From Octopus vulgaris (taxonomy: Eukaryota), in assembly GCA_951406725.2 (NCBI GenBank), contig OX597820.1:35960001-36024000 (forward strand): a DNA stretch of 64,000 bases. Reading direction: 5' to 3'. How positions within the stretch are numbered: position 1 is the first letter of the stretch; each line of letters begins with the position of its first letter. The notes under the pieces were generated by a model. That model was not told where the DNA came from. It did no database searches and saw only the letters and a list, made by a program, of their open reading frames with translations. The position numbers and the translations under genes were made by a program. This document shows, in pieces, positions 1-12,094 of the stretch.

Positions 1-130
1 TTCTGTCATATATTTGTGATTCTATGGCACATATAGACACACAATCGTGATTTCTGTAAGATATCGGTAACTATGACATATAGACGATCATACACAGTCG
101 TGATTTCTGTATGATATCAGTGACTACAAC
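1..130. repeat. Degenerate ~45-55 bp tandem repeat (…cgtgatttctgta…gatatc…actatgaca…)
   Basis: Two to three imperfect copies visible. Confidence 0.5.
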
Positions 131-2404
131 TGTCAGTAGTGCAAAATACTTTCACATATTGACTATATATGTGCAATTGAAGAATTTCTTTTTTACTCAT
201 TGGTTAATATTGGGTTAAATGAGTTTTGTTGCTCTGTTGTTTTATTTGTTGTCATTTTTTTTTCTAATTGCATTACCAAATGGAATCAGATGCACACTAA
301 ACACAGACTTGTTTGTTTCCTTTAAAATAACAAATGGAGTTGTAAAATGAATAGTATTTTAGACTCGAATTATTTTCTACTCGCCTTTAATAAATGTTAA
401 AACAAGGCAATTCCTTTATTAATGTGTTGTTTTCGTTGTTGCTAATTTACTCTGGGTCAACTCTGATTGAGTAGTCACGACCCAAGGCACTCCAACCGAG
501 ACCATTCTGTCTTCTTCTTGACACATTAGAAGCAAGGTGTGCTTTGGGGTAAATTTGACTGCTATTTCTACCAGGTCAAGTATTCGCGTAGCCGATCGCT
601 TTCTTGGCCCGTAAAACTTTATTCAAAATAGTGGGTTATATCTAGTACTGGATTTTGTTGAAGAGAGGCCCCAGGATTATGCAAGTAAGGCCCTTCCCAA
701 ATATACACCTTAACCAGAAGCACTCCTGGGTTTTGAGGCTTCAGCCAGCCAGACCTATCGGGTAAATCCGGTACTGTCTCTAGCCAGGTTGTAACCCTAC
801 CGAAATGTGACATCAACATCAGAATCAATGAGTTTAAAGGTTCTAATGGAGATAATGAGATAGATGCCGTTCTACATCTTGTATTTTAATCTTTATGCTT
901 CGTTTTCCCTTTAGCATAATAGTGGTATATAACCACGTTATGCATGTTATCCAGGGTTGGATGTAGATGAAGCGAGGCCCTAGGCCATTCCACAAGTGAT
1001 GTCCCTCCCAAAAGACCTTTGATAATGTCAAAAATATTATACAACTCAGCCGAAAGCCTCCGAGATTTTGAAGCTCAGACTGTTAAGTCTACAAATAAAT
1101 TCAACAGCCCTCTAGATTTTTTAGCTCTAGGTTTCAGCTTGTTTAGATTGACAATTGCCCTGTCTACGACACACATGTAGTTCAACTCCTGTACGTGATG
1201 ATGTCCACAATTTTTATCCATCTCAGTAGTATATTTACTTGATCGGTAAGAATGTTGACGTCATGGTCACAAAATCGTGGGTTCGATTTCTGGACCAGGC
1301 GTTGTGTTGTGACTTGTCTTTGAGCAAGACATTTCATTTCCCGTTACTCCAGTCTACTCAGTTGAAAATAAGTACCAGCTTTAGTGCTAGTACCTCCCTC
1401 TATCCTCCGACTGTCACATTCTCGATGATCAGCAAGGAATCGAGCGCTGGGGAACCAAGAGGTTGTCTATGTCTGCTCGCGATTAAATAAGCGCCTAAAA
1501 CATCTAGCGAAAGTATGGTACGTATTACCAAGTCAAATTCACTCATGCGTGACGGCCATAACTGCATGCCGGCTACATTGTTATGCTTATGCTTATCTAG
1601 TGTTTACAAGTATGGTTTATAAATTATAGAGTATCAATGTTTCTAATTTTTAAAAATGTTGCTTAACTGTATGTTTGTGTAAATTAATATTTTTAGTGGA
1701 TGGAAATAAAACATGATAAGTCCGTTTACGTATGTGCATGTGTGTCTTAATACTTATATAATGCAAGTGTATGTAACTATCTGTATGTATGTGAATGTAA
1801 ATAAATTGTGCAGAAGAGTTTCTAAGAAACAACTGCTGTTGTTATTTATTCGAGAAACACTTATCTTTAACTGTACATATTTAAGTATATGCATGTATGT
1901 CAGAGTAAGTATGTGTGTGTGTGTGTGTGTATGTACGTACATGTATGTGCGTACGTATGAGTGCATATAAATACATCAATTTTCTCAAGCAGACGACACT
2001 TAAGCAAAGCTAACTGGCTCAAAACGCTGTGAAGTCGGTAATTAGGGTAAACAGTCTTAAAAAGAGTGGATGGTATTGTTCAGTTCACATGGTATGAAAT
2101 GTGTCTGAGAGTCTATCTCCTCGCCTCTCTCTTTCTCTCTCTCTCTCACTCTCTCACTCTCGCTTGCTCTGTCTCTGTCTCTTTTCCTCCCTCTCTCTCG
2201 GCTGTTGACCACAGTAACAACTCAATACCTTCCTGTTTTACTGTTTGTTTATTGGGTATTTTGCTTAGCTTTTGTTTTGTTTTTTCCTTTCTTTACTTTT
2301 GATTATAGTTCAACAGCTTTCGAGTACGTACTTACCTGTAATTGTGATTATGCATATGCGTGTGTGTGTTTCTGTGAGTGTTTGTGTGTCTACGTGTGGA
2401 TAGA

Positions 2405-2536
<132 letters not shown>

Positions 2537-3122
2537 CAAATATATAAGTATGACTGTATACACACACACATACACACAGAAATATGCGTGAATAAACACG
2601 CACACAAGCACACACACATACACATATTTCCATTTTTGCGTACACACAGGTATCTATATAAATGTATGTACACATGATGTGTGTGTGTACATATATATAT
2701 ATATTTTTTAATACTTTTGAAACTTACTCGCAAGGGACTGGAATCTTAAATAATGGATCTACAAATGCAATATCCCTACATATCTCACGTCTATTTTCAT
2801 TCCTCCACTTCACTCTCTATTTCATATCTTATCTACAATTGCATAACCATTTTTTTACACCGTCTCCAAAGAAGGGATATATAAAATATCTCGGAAACAG
2901 CTGTAAGACCTTCTATTTATAAATGTTCTAAAATCTTTCACAGCCTTGAATTTTTATCTCATTCTGAAATTTTTTTTACATATACACATGCTGATATATG
3001 ACTTACGTTGGACTCCTCATTCACATAATCTCTGAACCTGGAGCTTAACTATGGTCTATCCATAGCACTTACTCAGCATTACCTGACACCTTTGGGTTTT
3101 ATTGACACCATTACCTCTCATA

Positions 3123-3124
<2 letters not shown>

Positions 3125-3212
<88 letters not shown>
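3125..3212. repeat. (CT)n(AT)n(AC)n microsatellite
   Basis: Directly visible. Confidence 0.97.
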
Positions 3213-3471
3213 GTGTGTGGTGAAGGTAGGAACTGCTTCGCTGGAGAGCAGCTACATAAACAAACAAGTTGAGAAGCGTCAACAGCGAAAGGAAGACAAC
3301 AGAAATGCAGAGCGCCGACCCACCTTCTTGGTATGCAAGTACTGTGACAGAAGCTGCGCTTCAATCATAGGAAGAAGCAGCCATGAAAGAAACTACAAGA
3401 ATGATATGTTCGATTAAGCGACCTCTAAGCTAAATTGACCGTCTGCATAGACGAAAAGGGCCAATTATATG

Positions 3472-3516
<45 letters not shown>

Positions 3517-3642
3517 ATCCAAACATGAAAACACAAAGAGAAAACACAACAACGCGAGGACGTGGAACAAATATAGTATTTTTGGACGCTCAGGAAGGAA
3601 GGGAAGATGGAGGAAAAAAATCGCCAACGGTACACACGCGGT

Positions 3643-3721
<79 letters not shown>

Positions 3722-3779
3722 AAAACGGAAAACACAACACCTTCCAAATCTAGCGCTGGCCGGTTCGCTGACCATGGCC

Positions 3780-6700
3780 TGCCAAAAAGAAGAAATTTTG
3801 TCTTTGAAAGAATTAAAAAGGCGAAAAACATTCTTACGAGGCCTGAAAGCAGCGTTGCGATCAGTATCCTGGAATCCAGCCGGTATCGAACCAGCCTCAA
3901 AACTGTGGTATATAAAACCTTAGCAACAAAAAGTAGGAATGCAATACGCGACACAGCACCAGATTGAAAGTGCCTCAGACCAATCAGGGATAGGAAAACA
4001 TACGTCACCAGAGGGGAAAATTACAGCACAGTAGAGGTGAAATTCGCTATAGAGGATGAAGCCAAGAAGCACTCAATAGCAACCCTTAGTGACGAACTGG
4101 TTCTCATATATACCTACCTTTGCTGTAGAGTAGTTAAAATTATGATATTCAACGTGCCGCAAGAAATAAACAGCTGATTGGCAGCAGTTGTCTTTTTGAC
4201 ATAGAGAACAAAACCAATTTCCGCTGATCTAAAGACTGCAGAAACAAAATTGGTCGGGCCAAAGGATAGAGTTATTATCCAAATGGATCACCGAAGCATG
4301 GAATCCATCACAAACTTCATTAATCTGCCAGATGTTACAAAGTTATACGTAGCCGTTGAGAGTAGAAGGCTGAGATGTCATTTATGTGAAGAGATACACC
4401 ATCTCAAAGCTTTCTGTCCATAGCAAAAAGAGGAACGGAAGACCATCATTTCTGCCGTCACTAACAATTCAACAATAACAACACCAACAGCGAAAACTGT
4501 AGCAGCACTTATAGTGAAACGGGCCACGATAGTAAAAACGGCATCAAAGACAGCAAGAGTAAAACCAACAGTCGCGAAAACAGCAATGACAGTTGAGACA
4601 GTGACTACAGCACCTACAGCAACAACAAGTGGAGGCGCAATGGCCCAGTGGTTAGAGCAGCGGACTCGCGGTCGGAGGATCGCGGTTTCGATTCCCAGAC
4701 CGGGCGTTGTGTGTGTTTATTGAGCGAAAACACCTAAAGCTCCACGAGGCTTCGGTAGGGAGGGGGTGGCGACCCCTGTTGTACTCTTTCGCTCCAACTT
4801 TCTCTCACTCTTTCTTCCTGTTTCTTGTCCCCCGACTTCCTACGCAACCGCTGAGCCTGGATGCGCATTCATCCATCCGTCGATGCTCTCGGTGTCGGAG
4901 ATTGACCTGCTTTCTCTTCTGCGGGTCTTACGAATAGCAAAGGACCACGTTTCGGACTTCTCCCACTAATGGGACGAAGACCGCTTCGCTCAACAAACAA
5001 ACAAACAAACAAACAAACAAACAGCAACAACAGCAATGGAAGCAGAAGCAACAAAAACAACAGAAAATACACCAACATCAAGGGCCGCAATGTCACAGAC
5101 TACAGGAGCAACAACGGCAACAAAACCCCCTGAAACTGCAACTATATCAACAACAGAACAAAACCACAAGCCTCCTCAAAACTTGCCCTTCCACGGAGAC
5201 ATGTGTGGCAAAAGTGACGGAGAGGATACTAAATGGCAAACAATAACAAACGGGAAAATAAAAAGAAACAAAAATACGTTAGCCACAAAATAGAGATACG
5301 GTCAAATGGGAAAGGTACCTCTAAGCAACGATGCAACAACACTACCCCCAACAGTAGCTGCACCGGCACAATCAACATCATAATTCCATTATCACCACCT
5401 CCCGCCAACATAGATATCATCCTCACAAGCACTACCAAATTCACAAAACACACCAACAGTCGGAATACAACCTCCAACGCGAACAAAAAAAAAAAAAGAA
5501 ATCATTAACAACACAGACATAAACAAATAAAAAAAAGCTAATGGATTGCATACGCCAGTATACAAGAATCGCACACAATAACTACATCGCATTACTATTA
5601 GTATTCCACAACACAAATATCGCCACACAAAGTGCATTTTAAAAAATTAACATCAAAAGGAAACTTCAGTAGAAATATAAATGAAAAAACGGTATAACTG
5701 CTTTTGGAAACATCCTTGTGTCACTTAACTCTTTTCTCGCTAAACATGATTCAGATTAGGCCTGGAGCCACTTTGGATGTAGAGCCTTCTGCTCAACGAA
5801 TGTAGGTCCCCTAGATATAGATGTGGTGGCCAAAAGCGAGACCAGAATTTCCTATCCACAACCTCAATGCCTATTTTCGGAGGATACCAGATCTACATAT
5901 CCCCAAGTTGATCGGGATTAGGAGGTGGAATTTCTGTATTGTTTAAGGGGCGAGGTCTTAATCTCACGATATGGAACATCGTCTTGGACCCAAAAGGTAA
6001 GTTGGTGCTCCTGGATGTGAGCAATAGCGAAGGGAATGTCTTCCGACTAACAGTTGTTTATGTTCCGACAGAGGCGGCACAGTCGGATTTCTTCAGGTTA
6101 TTGAAGGCTTTCCTATGAATATATTGCTCTTTAGTCTTAGTAGGCGTCTGACAACGCTATCCTGGCTACACATTTGGATTGTATGAGGCTAAGTGATGCG
6201 AGAGGAGTGCAAAAGCTTCACAAACATGCTCAGGCGTTTCCATTGTCTGACAGGTACCAACTAGATTTTCCGAATGAGCTACTGTAGACATTAACAAATC
6301 GCATCGGATCATACAGGTCGTATCTAGATAGAATATTATGTAGGATAGTAGGTAAGGATTCCATAGGTTGTCCACATTTTAAAGTCATCAGTTACAAACT
6401 AGTACTCTGTACGGTTGACCTAGACAGGTTTCGTAAGCAGAGACCCGATTACAGAGACCGGATTATCGAATTAGTTAAGCGAAAGTTGACAGGACAATCG
6501 TCGACGACAAATGGTGGTTTGCCATGAAATCGATGAGGCTTAGTAAGGTCGTATTGATACAAAAAAATATAAAAGTGGCAAACTTGAAAACTTAAAGGAG
6601 GCACGTAAGAAAATCATCGTACCGACCTACTCGCGAACTTCGACCAATTTCTCACGAAGTATGAAGGCTGCATTGTCAGAGTTAAGGTGCGTGCTCTAAA

Positions 6701-7335
6701 ACACGAGTAGACGAAATCCAATAGGTGGGCTCGAATGGCGGAGGCGCAATATGTCAACAAAGCCACAATCTGGTCATTATGATGGACCATAATGATTGCT
6801 TGCTATTCGACCCCAAGCAGATGTGTACAATTTTCTTGCAGTACTTCCGTCAATTGCTCGGGGCAGTTGTCGGACCAAAAGGCAGGATAGATTCCAGTCC
6901 TAACTCGACGGCCGACAATGACTCCTGTCGACTGAGGCATAGTGTTGTGAAAAACCAATAACAGCCGCGATGGGTTAAATTGCCTAGATTAGATGATCTG
7001 CTCCATGAGCTTTACTTCTATATGCAAGACTTGTTTTGAGGTCTTTTGGTAGATATCTACCGCAACTGATGGCACGAGAGAATTCCCGGTTCTGTGAATC
7101 GAAGAGTGGTGACACTGCTAAGAAAGGGCACAAACAAAGGGTTCACATTGTGACAATTTTTGTCCCAAAACTCTTTTAAAAGCGGATTTCAAAATTTTGG
7201 CCAAGGTGTTTTCTAAGAGGTTGGCGCTTATCATTGATGATTGGTGATGCACAAACATGCACCGTCACGAACATATCTATTCACAGCAACCTTCTCCTCA
7301 TGCGATACATCATAGAGAGAGTAGATGAGGAAGCT
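3780..7335 (+). mobile_element. Degenerate Tx1/L1-clade LINE: ORF1 with zinc knuckle, endonuclease remnant and N-terminal half of the RT
   Basis: CX2CX4HX4C knuckle RCHLCEEIHHLKAFCP at ~4372-4420; Thr/Ala-rich spacer; APE-like remnants at 5780-6400; RT remnants resembling PGLDGLPxELY, VTLLRK, RPITLLxADFKILAKV and QTC...IHSNLLLMRYIIERV at 6970-7325; many stops and frameshifts. Confidence 0.75.
4630..5022 (+). mobile_element. tRNA-derived SINE with (AAAC)n tail inserted in the Tx1 element
   Basis: A box TGGCCCAGTGG, B-box-like GGTTTCGATTCC, (aaac)n tail, flanking acagcaacaaca direct repeat; CpG-rich. Confidence 0.85.
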
Positions 7336-8464
7336 GGTTGGATCTTCTTATTCACATCGCAGCATAAACAATTCCAGAAGTGAAAGAGATAGAAAGAAAG
7401 AGAAGAATCGATTGCAATACTAAAATGGTAACTAGAGTCTCCGAGAGAAATTTGACAGGTTTCTATAGTTTCCTTCAATAAAATTCATTCACAAGGCATT
7501 GGTTGATCCGAGCAGAAGACACTTGCCCAAGATGTCACGCAGCTGGACTAAACTCGAGACCCCGTTCTTGGGAGGCGAACTTCTTAACAACATAGCCATG
7601 TCTGTACCTAAAGAAGTTAAAACATCGCCTCGCAGAATCGGACCTAGTGCCTAATATAAAGCGATAACCGTGCTAACCACTACACCAAATGTTAATAATA
7701 ATCTTTTCTAAGTCAAGTACAAGACAATGGATTATTAGTGGTAAAGAAGCCGAATCTCCCTGAAGCCACACCCTACTATTCAGAAAAAAAAAGACGCACA
7801 GTCCTCTATACTTCTAAAGCATACGAAATGGTCACAGTCGGAATGATTTGATCGTTGGTCTGCTCAACGAAGGGCAATATGAGGCGAAACGGCAAAAAGT
7901 ATTTCTTCAGTATTACTCTTTTTTGTTCTGCTTCTTTTTTTTGCTTTTTGTTTTGCTTTTTTAATAAGGCGGCAAGTAAACAGAATCGTTAGCACACCGG
8001 GCAAAATAAGCATTGGGGTCGATGTAATCGACCTACCCACCTCTCCTTAGTTTGCTGGCCTTGTACCAAAATTTGAAACCAATATTAGTTTCGTAAGTGT
8101 AAAATAGTTGTCAATGGCTTAAGGGAAACAACTCTTGTTGGATTGGTGATAATCTGTTATAACAACGAAGAATAAGGGCGGATGAGGAGGTGGAAGAGAC
8201 AATAATAAAAAGATACGGAAAACAAGTGAAAAGAGCATAAGTGTAGACGGCGGAGTTATCAGTTAAAGAGAAGATCAAATATAAGGAAGGACGACAGATA
8301 GAAAGAAGCTAGAGGGCGAAGAGAAAACTTAAAGAAAGCAATGAATTTAGAAAACATTTATTATTGTAAGTCGAAAGATTAAAATACTTTGGAGGACTGG
8401 GTTACAAAGTATAAAGACACAAGGTGATACTAGAGTTTACATCACTTTTACAACAATAAAAGTA

Positions 8465-8604
8465 TACTCTTTACTCTTTTTTACTCTTTTACTTGTTTCA
8501 GTCATTTGACTACAGCCATGCTGGAGCACCGCCTTTAATCGAGCAACTCGACCCCAGGACTTATTCTTTGTAAGCCCAGTACTTATTCTATCGGTCTCTT
8601 TTGC

Positions 8605-8660
<56 letters not shown>

Positions 8661-8942
8661 CATACATACATACATACATACACACACACATACATATATA
8701 CATACGTACATACATAAATACATACATACATACATACATACATACATACATACATACATACATACATACATACATACATACATACATGCGACGGGCTTCT
8801 TTCAGTTTCTGCCTACCAAATCCACTCACGAGGCTTTGGTCAACCTGAAGCTATAGTAGACGCCTGCTCAAGGTGCTACGCAGTGGGACTGATCCCGGAA
8901 CCATGTGGTTGGGAAGCAAGCTTCTTACCATATAGCCACTCC
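8465..8942 (-). mobile_element. Octopus OK-type tRNA-derived SINE with internal (TA)n/(TACA)n microsatellite
   Basis: Same family at ~19415-19820(-), 48395-48740(+), 51895-52245(-), 54595-54810(-), 62665-63100(+) and 63735-64000(+); head GTGGCTGTGTGGTAAG...GGTTCAGTCCC, tail (AAAAGAGT)n. Confidence 0.8.
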
Positions 8943-9046
8943 ACATTTGTGTGTGTGTGTGTGTGTGTGTGTAATGTGCGGATAATACCGGACTGACTTC
9001 AAATTAAGTACCTAATTCAACTGAATCACAATTACTTATATATATA

Positions 9047-9127
<81 letters not shown>

Positions 9128-9524
9128 GCACACATATACATTCGTGTGTGTGTGTGTGTGTGTGAGTAATTCTTTTGGAGGGAATAGTGGATCTCGAAGC
9201 AGACAATAAAACTATGAATGATACGGTGTAAGTGTACACTGGACAGAAAAATTTGATGGTTACCCGTAGGACACAAACTCATAGCTTCTGTAAACATGAT
9301 GGGCGGTCTGCCATTTGGTCAAAGCAACCGTTCGAATCCTGCGGTCCTTTTCAGAAGCTTTATTTTTAAAAGCAAAACTTATATGTTGTTGGCATCTTAA
9401 GAATTCATAAACTTTCGACAGAACGTTAAATAGTTCTTTTTTTTTTTTTTTTTTTTAGAATAGTGGAAATCGGAGCAGATGATAAACCGATGTTTACATG
9501 CTATTATTTTATAGCTTTATTATC

Positions 9525-9968
9525 GGATCTTTTCGGTTGGTTTGAACGGCAATTTTTAGCATAATTTCTAGGTAACTAAAAAATTTTAAACTTCGTATAC
9601 TGGTAGAATGTGTTTATAAAACATCTTTTTCTCTTGGCTTTATTGAGAAAATTCTGTAGTTTGTAAGATATTTGTTGTTTATTTTCTTCAATTTCTGCAA
9701 TTTCAACCAATCACTGACGTCTATTGAGGTAAAAAAAAACATTCTGTGCTGTATGAATATGTCCCTCGTTTAAGAAACAGATTGGGTTTATTTACATTTG
9801 TGAAGTAAAAAAGATACCCTTCCCCCCACTCCTAACCCTAACTAACCTTACCTAACTCTAACCCTAAAACAGATTGAAATGCATTAGATCGATACTAGGG
9901 CCATGATTATGGGTGACAATTTCATATGACACCGTTAGAAAAAACTGCTGTTCAAACCGAAAAGATCC
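9525..9968. mobile_element. Non-autonomous DNA transposon (MITE) with GG-starting TIRs and 8-bp TSD; Merlin-like
   Basis: TIR GGATCTTTTCGGTT..TTTGAACGGCA / TGCTGTTCAAACCGAAAAGATCC; TSD TTATTATC at 9517-9524 and 9969-9976; internal CCTAAC/CCCTAA repeats. Superfamily assignment is inference. Confidence 0.8.
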
Positions 9969-10065
9969 TTATTATCTGTTTCGAGATCTTCTATTCAAAA
10001 AATAAATAAATAAACAATTATTTCACGCTCTCTCGCAAGTGTCTGAGTTCTTATGATGTCAACTA

Positions 10066-10425
10066 TATAAGGGTGGGCTGAAAATTTCATAGGCTGACTA
10101 TGAGGGTGTGATGTCAGAGGTGTGAAATTTTGCACGCATTTCAAGTTTTTGTATTCATAACTGCATTGTTTCTTTCCAGGTAAACTCACATCTGATTGTT
10201 CAGAGAAGACTTCAATAATAAATAACAGCGACTTCTCTTGAAAATGGACAAAATTTGGCATAGTGGTGTTATAAGGTACATGCATAAAAATGGTTTAACC
10301 CCCAATGACATTCATGCTGACTAGGTTTACTACTTTAGGAAATGGCGCTCCTGTTTTATCAACCATACAAAAGTGGACAGTTGTATTTCGGAAGGGAAGT
10401 GAGAGTCTTAAAGATGACCGGAATG
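10066..10425 (+). mobile_element. Mariner 5' fragment (TIR plus transposase HTH remnant)
   Basis: TIR-like AAGGGTGGGCTGAAAATTTCATAGGCTGAC; remnant MDKIWHSGVIRYMHKNGLTPNDIHAD...APVLSTIQKWTVVFRKGSESLKDD. Confidence 0.8.
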
Positions 10426-11279
10426 TCACTAACCAAAAGGTTGTGTGAAGTGGCCCGAATTGACGCTTAACAACAATAATTACTTATTGAAGGGCGATAA
10501 CTTAGTTTCACCACCCTACTTTTTCTCTTTTTTTTTCTGTGAGGCGAGGGAATTTTACAAAAACATAACAAAAGATATCCTCGTTCTCTAAACACTATTA
10601 CTTAGAGTTACCTCCCTCGTTAACTCTCTTTTTTATTCATTTTAATATTTTCAAATGTGATTATTGTTTTCCCGGTTTTCCTTTATTTGTCTCCTCTGAG
10701 ACCAGACGGAAATAAATTGTAAGTTACTTCATTTTTACATCTTCTGTGGCTTTTATGCTTTAAAGAAAACTTTCGTTATTGTTTTAATAATGATTGTAAG
10801 TAACCATGCGACGACTGTTTGTTTTTTCTAGTTACGAATATATTGTTCTCTTCTTGTTTATTTATTTAAATCACTGAACAGAATTTTCATCTTGTATTTA
10901 CATTTTTTTGTTTTTGCTGGTAATTTCACTTGAATACCTGCACCAATATGGACATCTTGTACCAAAACTGCTCATCCGTGGGCTCCATTTGTTTCTTGTT
11001 TCTTGGAATGGTGGCTTTCTGTCAGATCTTGCCATCGGAAGACAACAGCTGGTAACCCCTTATTCAGTAAACAACAGATGATGTCCCTTAATTCAGTAGG
11101 CAACAACTGGAGGGTCTCCCTGAATCTAGACAATTGATAACATAGTCAAAGTTAGCAGTGTTGTTCTAATGGACTAAAAGAGCCTTCTTTCTTATTTTAT
11201 TTTCTTCTTACATTTCTCCTTCTCCATATTCTTCTCTCTCTCACACACACACACTATATATATATATATATATATATAG

Positions 11280-11592
11280 CCTTACTGGAACGTGAAAAAA
11301 CATTCGAGCGAGGTCGTTGCCAGTGCCGCTGGGCTGGCTCCTGTGCAGGTGGCATGTAAAAAAACACCATTTGAGCGTGGCCGTTGCCAGTACCGCCTGA
11401 CTAGCCCTCTTGCCGGTGGCACGTAAAAGCAACACTACACTGTTGGAGTGGTTGGCGTTAGGAAGGGCATCCAGCTGTAGAAATTCTGTCAGATCAGATT
11501 GGAGCCTGGTGCAGCCATCTGGTTCGCCAGTCCTCAGTCAAATCGTCCAACCCATGCTAGAATGGAAATCGGACGTTAAACGATGATGATGA
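11280..11592 (+). mobile_element. RTE 3'-UTR-derived retroposon with (GAT)n tail
   Basis: GGAGTGGTTGGCGTTAGGAAGGGCATCCAGCTGTAG...CCCATGCTAG...GGACGTTAAACGATGATGAT; identical family to the 3' end of the RTE at 15700-17050; more than a dozen copies in the window on both strands. Confidence 0.85.
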
Positions 11593-11638
11593 TTTTATAT
11601 ATATATATATATATATTTGCAGTAAAAAGGTAGCTTAA

Positions 11639-11856
11639 TCCTTTAGCATTCAGATTATTCTGTCAAATATAATGCTTATTTATTTACATTGTTTGAATTA
11701 GTTATTGCATTATCTTGTAGCTTTGAGATTTTTATGTGATTGTTTATATTTTTAGAGTGACTTTGAAGTGTAGGTATAAGAGACCAGATCTGGCCAGTTT
11801 GAACATAAAACTAATAGAATATTTGTGCTGGGTATGGCCTGTATAAATGCTATGGG
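11639..11856. mobile_element. piggyBac-like TTAA MITE
   Basis: TTAA|(c)CCTTTAGCATT ... AATGCTATGGG|TTAA; related copies at ~28160-28390, 48280-48857 (SINE-interrupted) and 62355-62568. Confidence 0.65.
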
Positions 11857-11963
11857 TTAATGTAACATTACTAAAACCTTCACAAATTCTGAAGTTTTAT
11901 TTTATTTTTTAATTCTCTCTATTTTTTTTTTTTTTTTTTTCAGTTAATCGAAAATCTTCCAAA

Positions 11964-12094
11964 ATGCAAAGAACCAAAAGAACGTCTCGTTTCTTCAACC
12001 AGAGAGAAGAAGAACTCAGTGATGTTTCAGACATTTCCTGCCCAGATATGGACATTTGTAAGTCAACAGTGAAGAAAAGTGATCAAAAGAGAAA
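11964..12094 (+). CDS. TERF2IP: TERF2IP-like coding exon 1 ([43 protein letters not shown]); exon starts at acceptor 11944
   Basis: Long poly-T tract plus CAG acceptor at 11941-11943, AAAATG start, GTAAGT donor at 12095; phase 2 fits the next exon. Confidence 0.75.

Noticed and set aside
4630-4705. tRNA-like sequences (also 12240, 43922, 63735)
   Set aside because: They are SINE heads continuing into SINE bodies, with no complete cloverleaf
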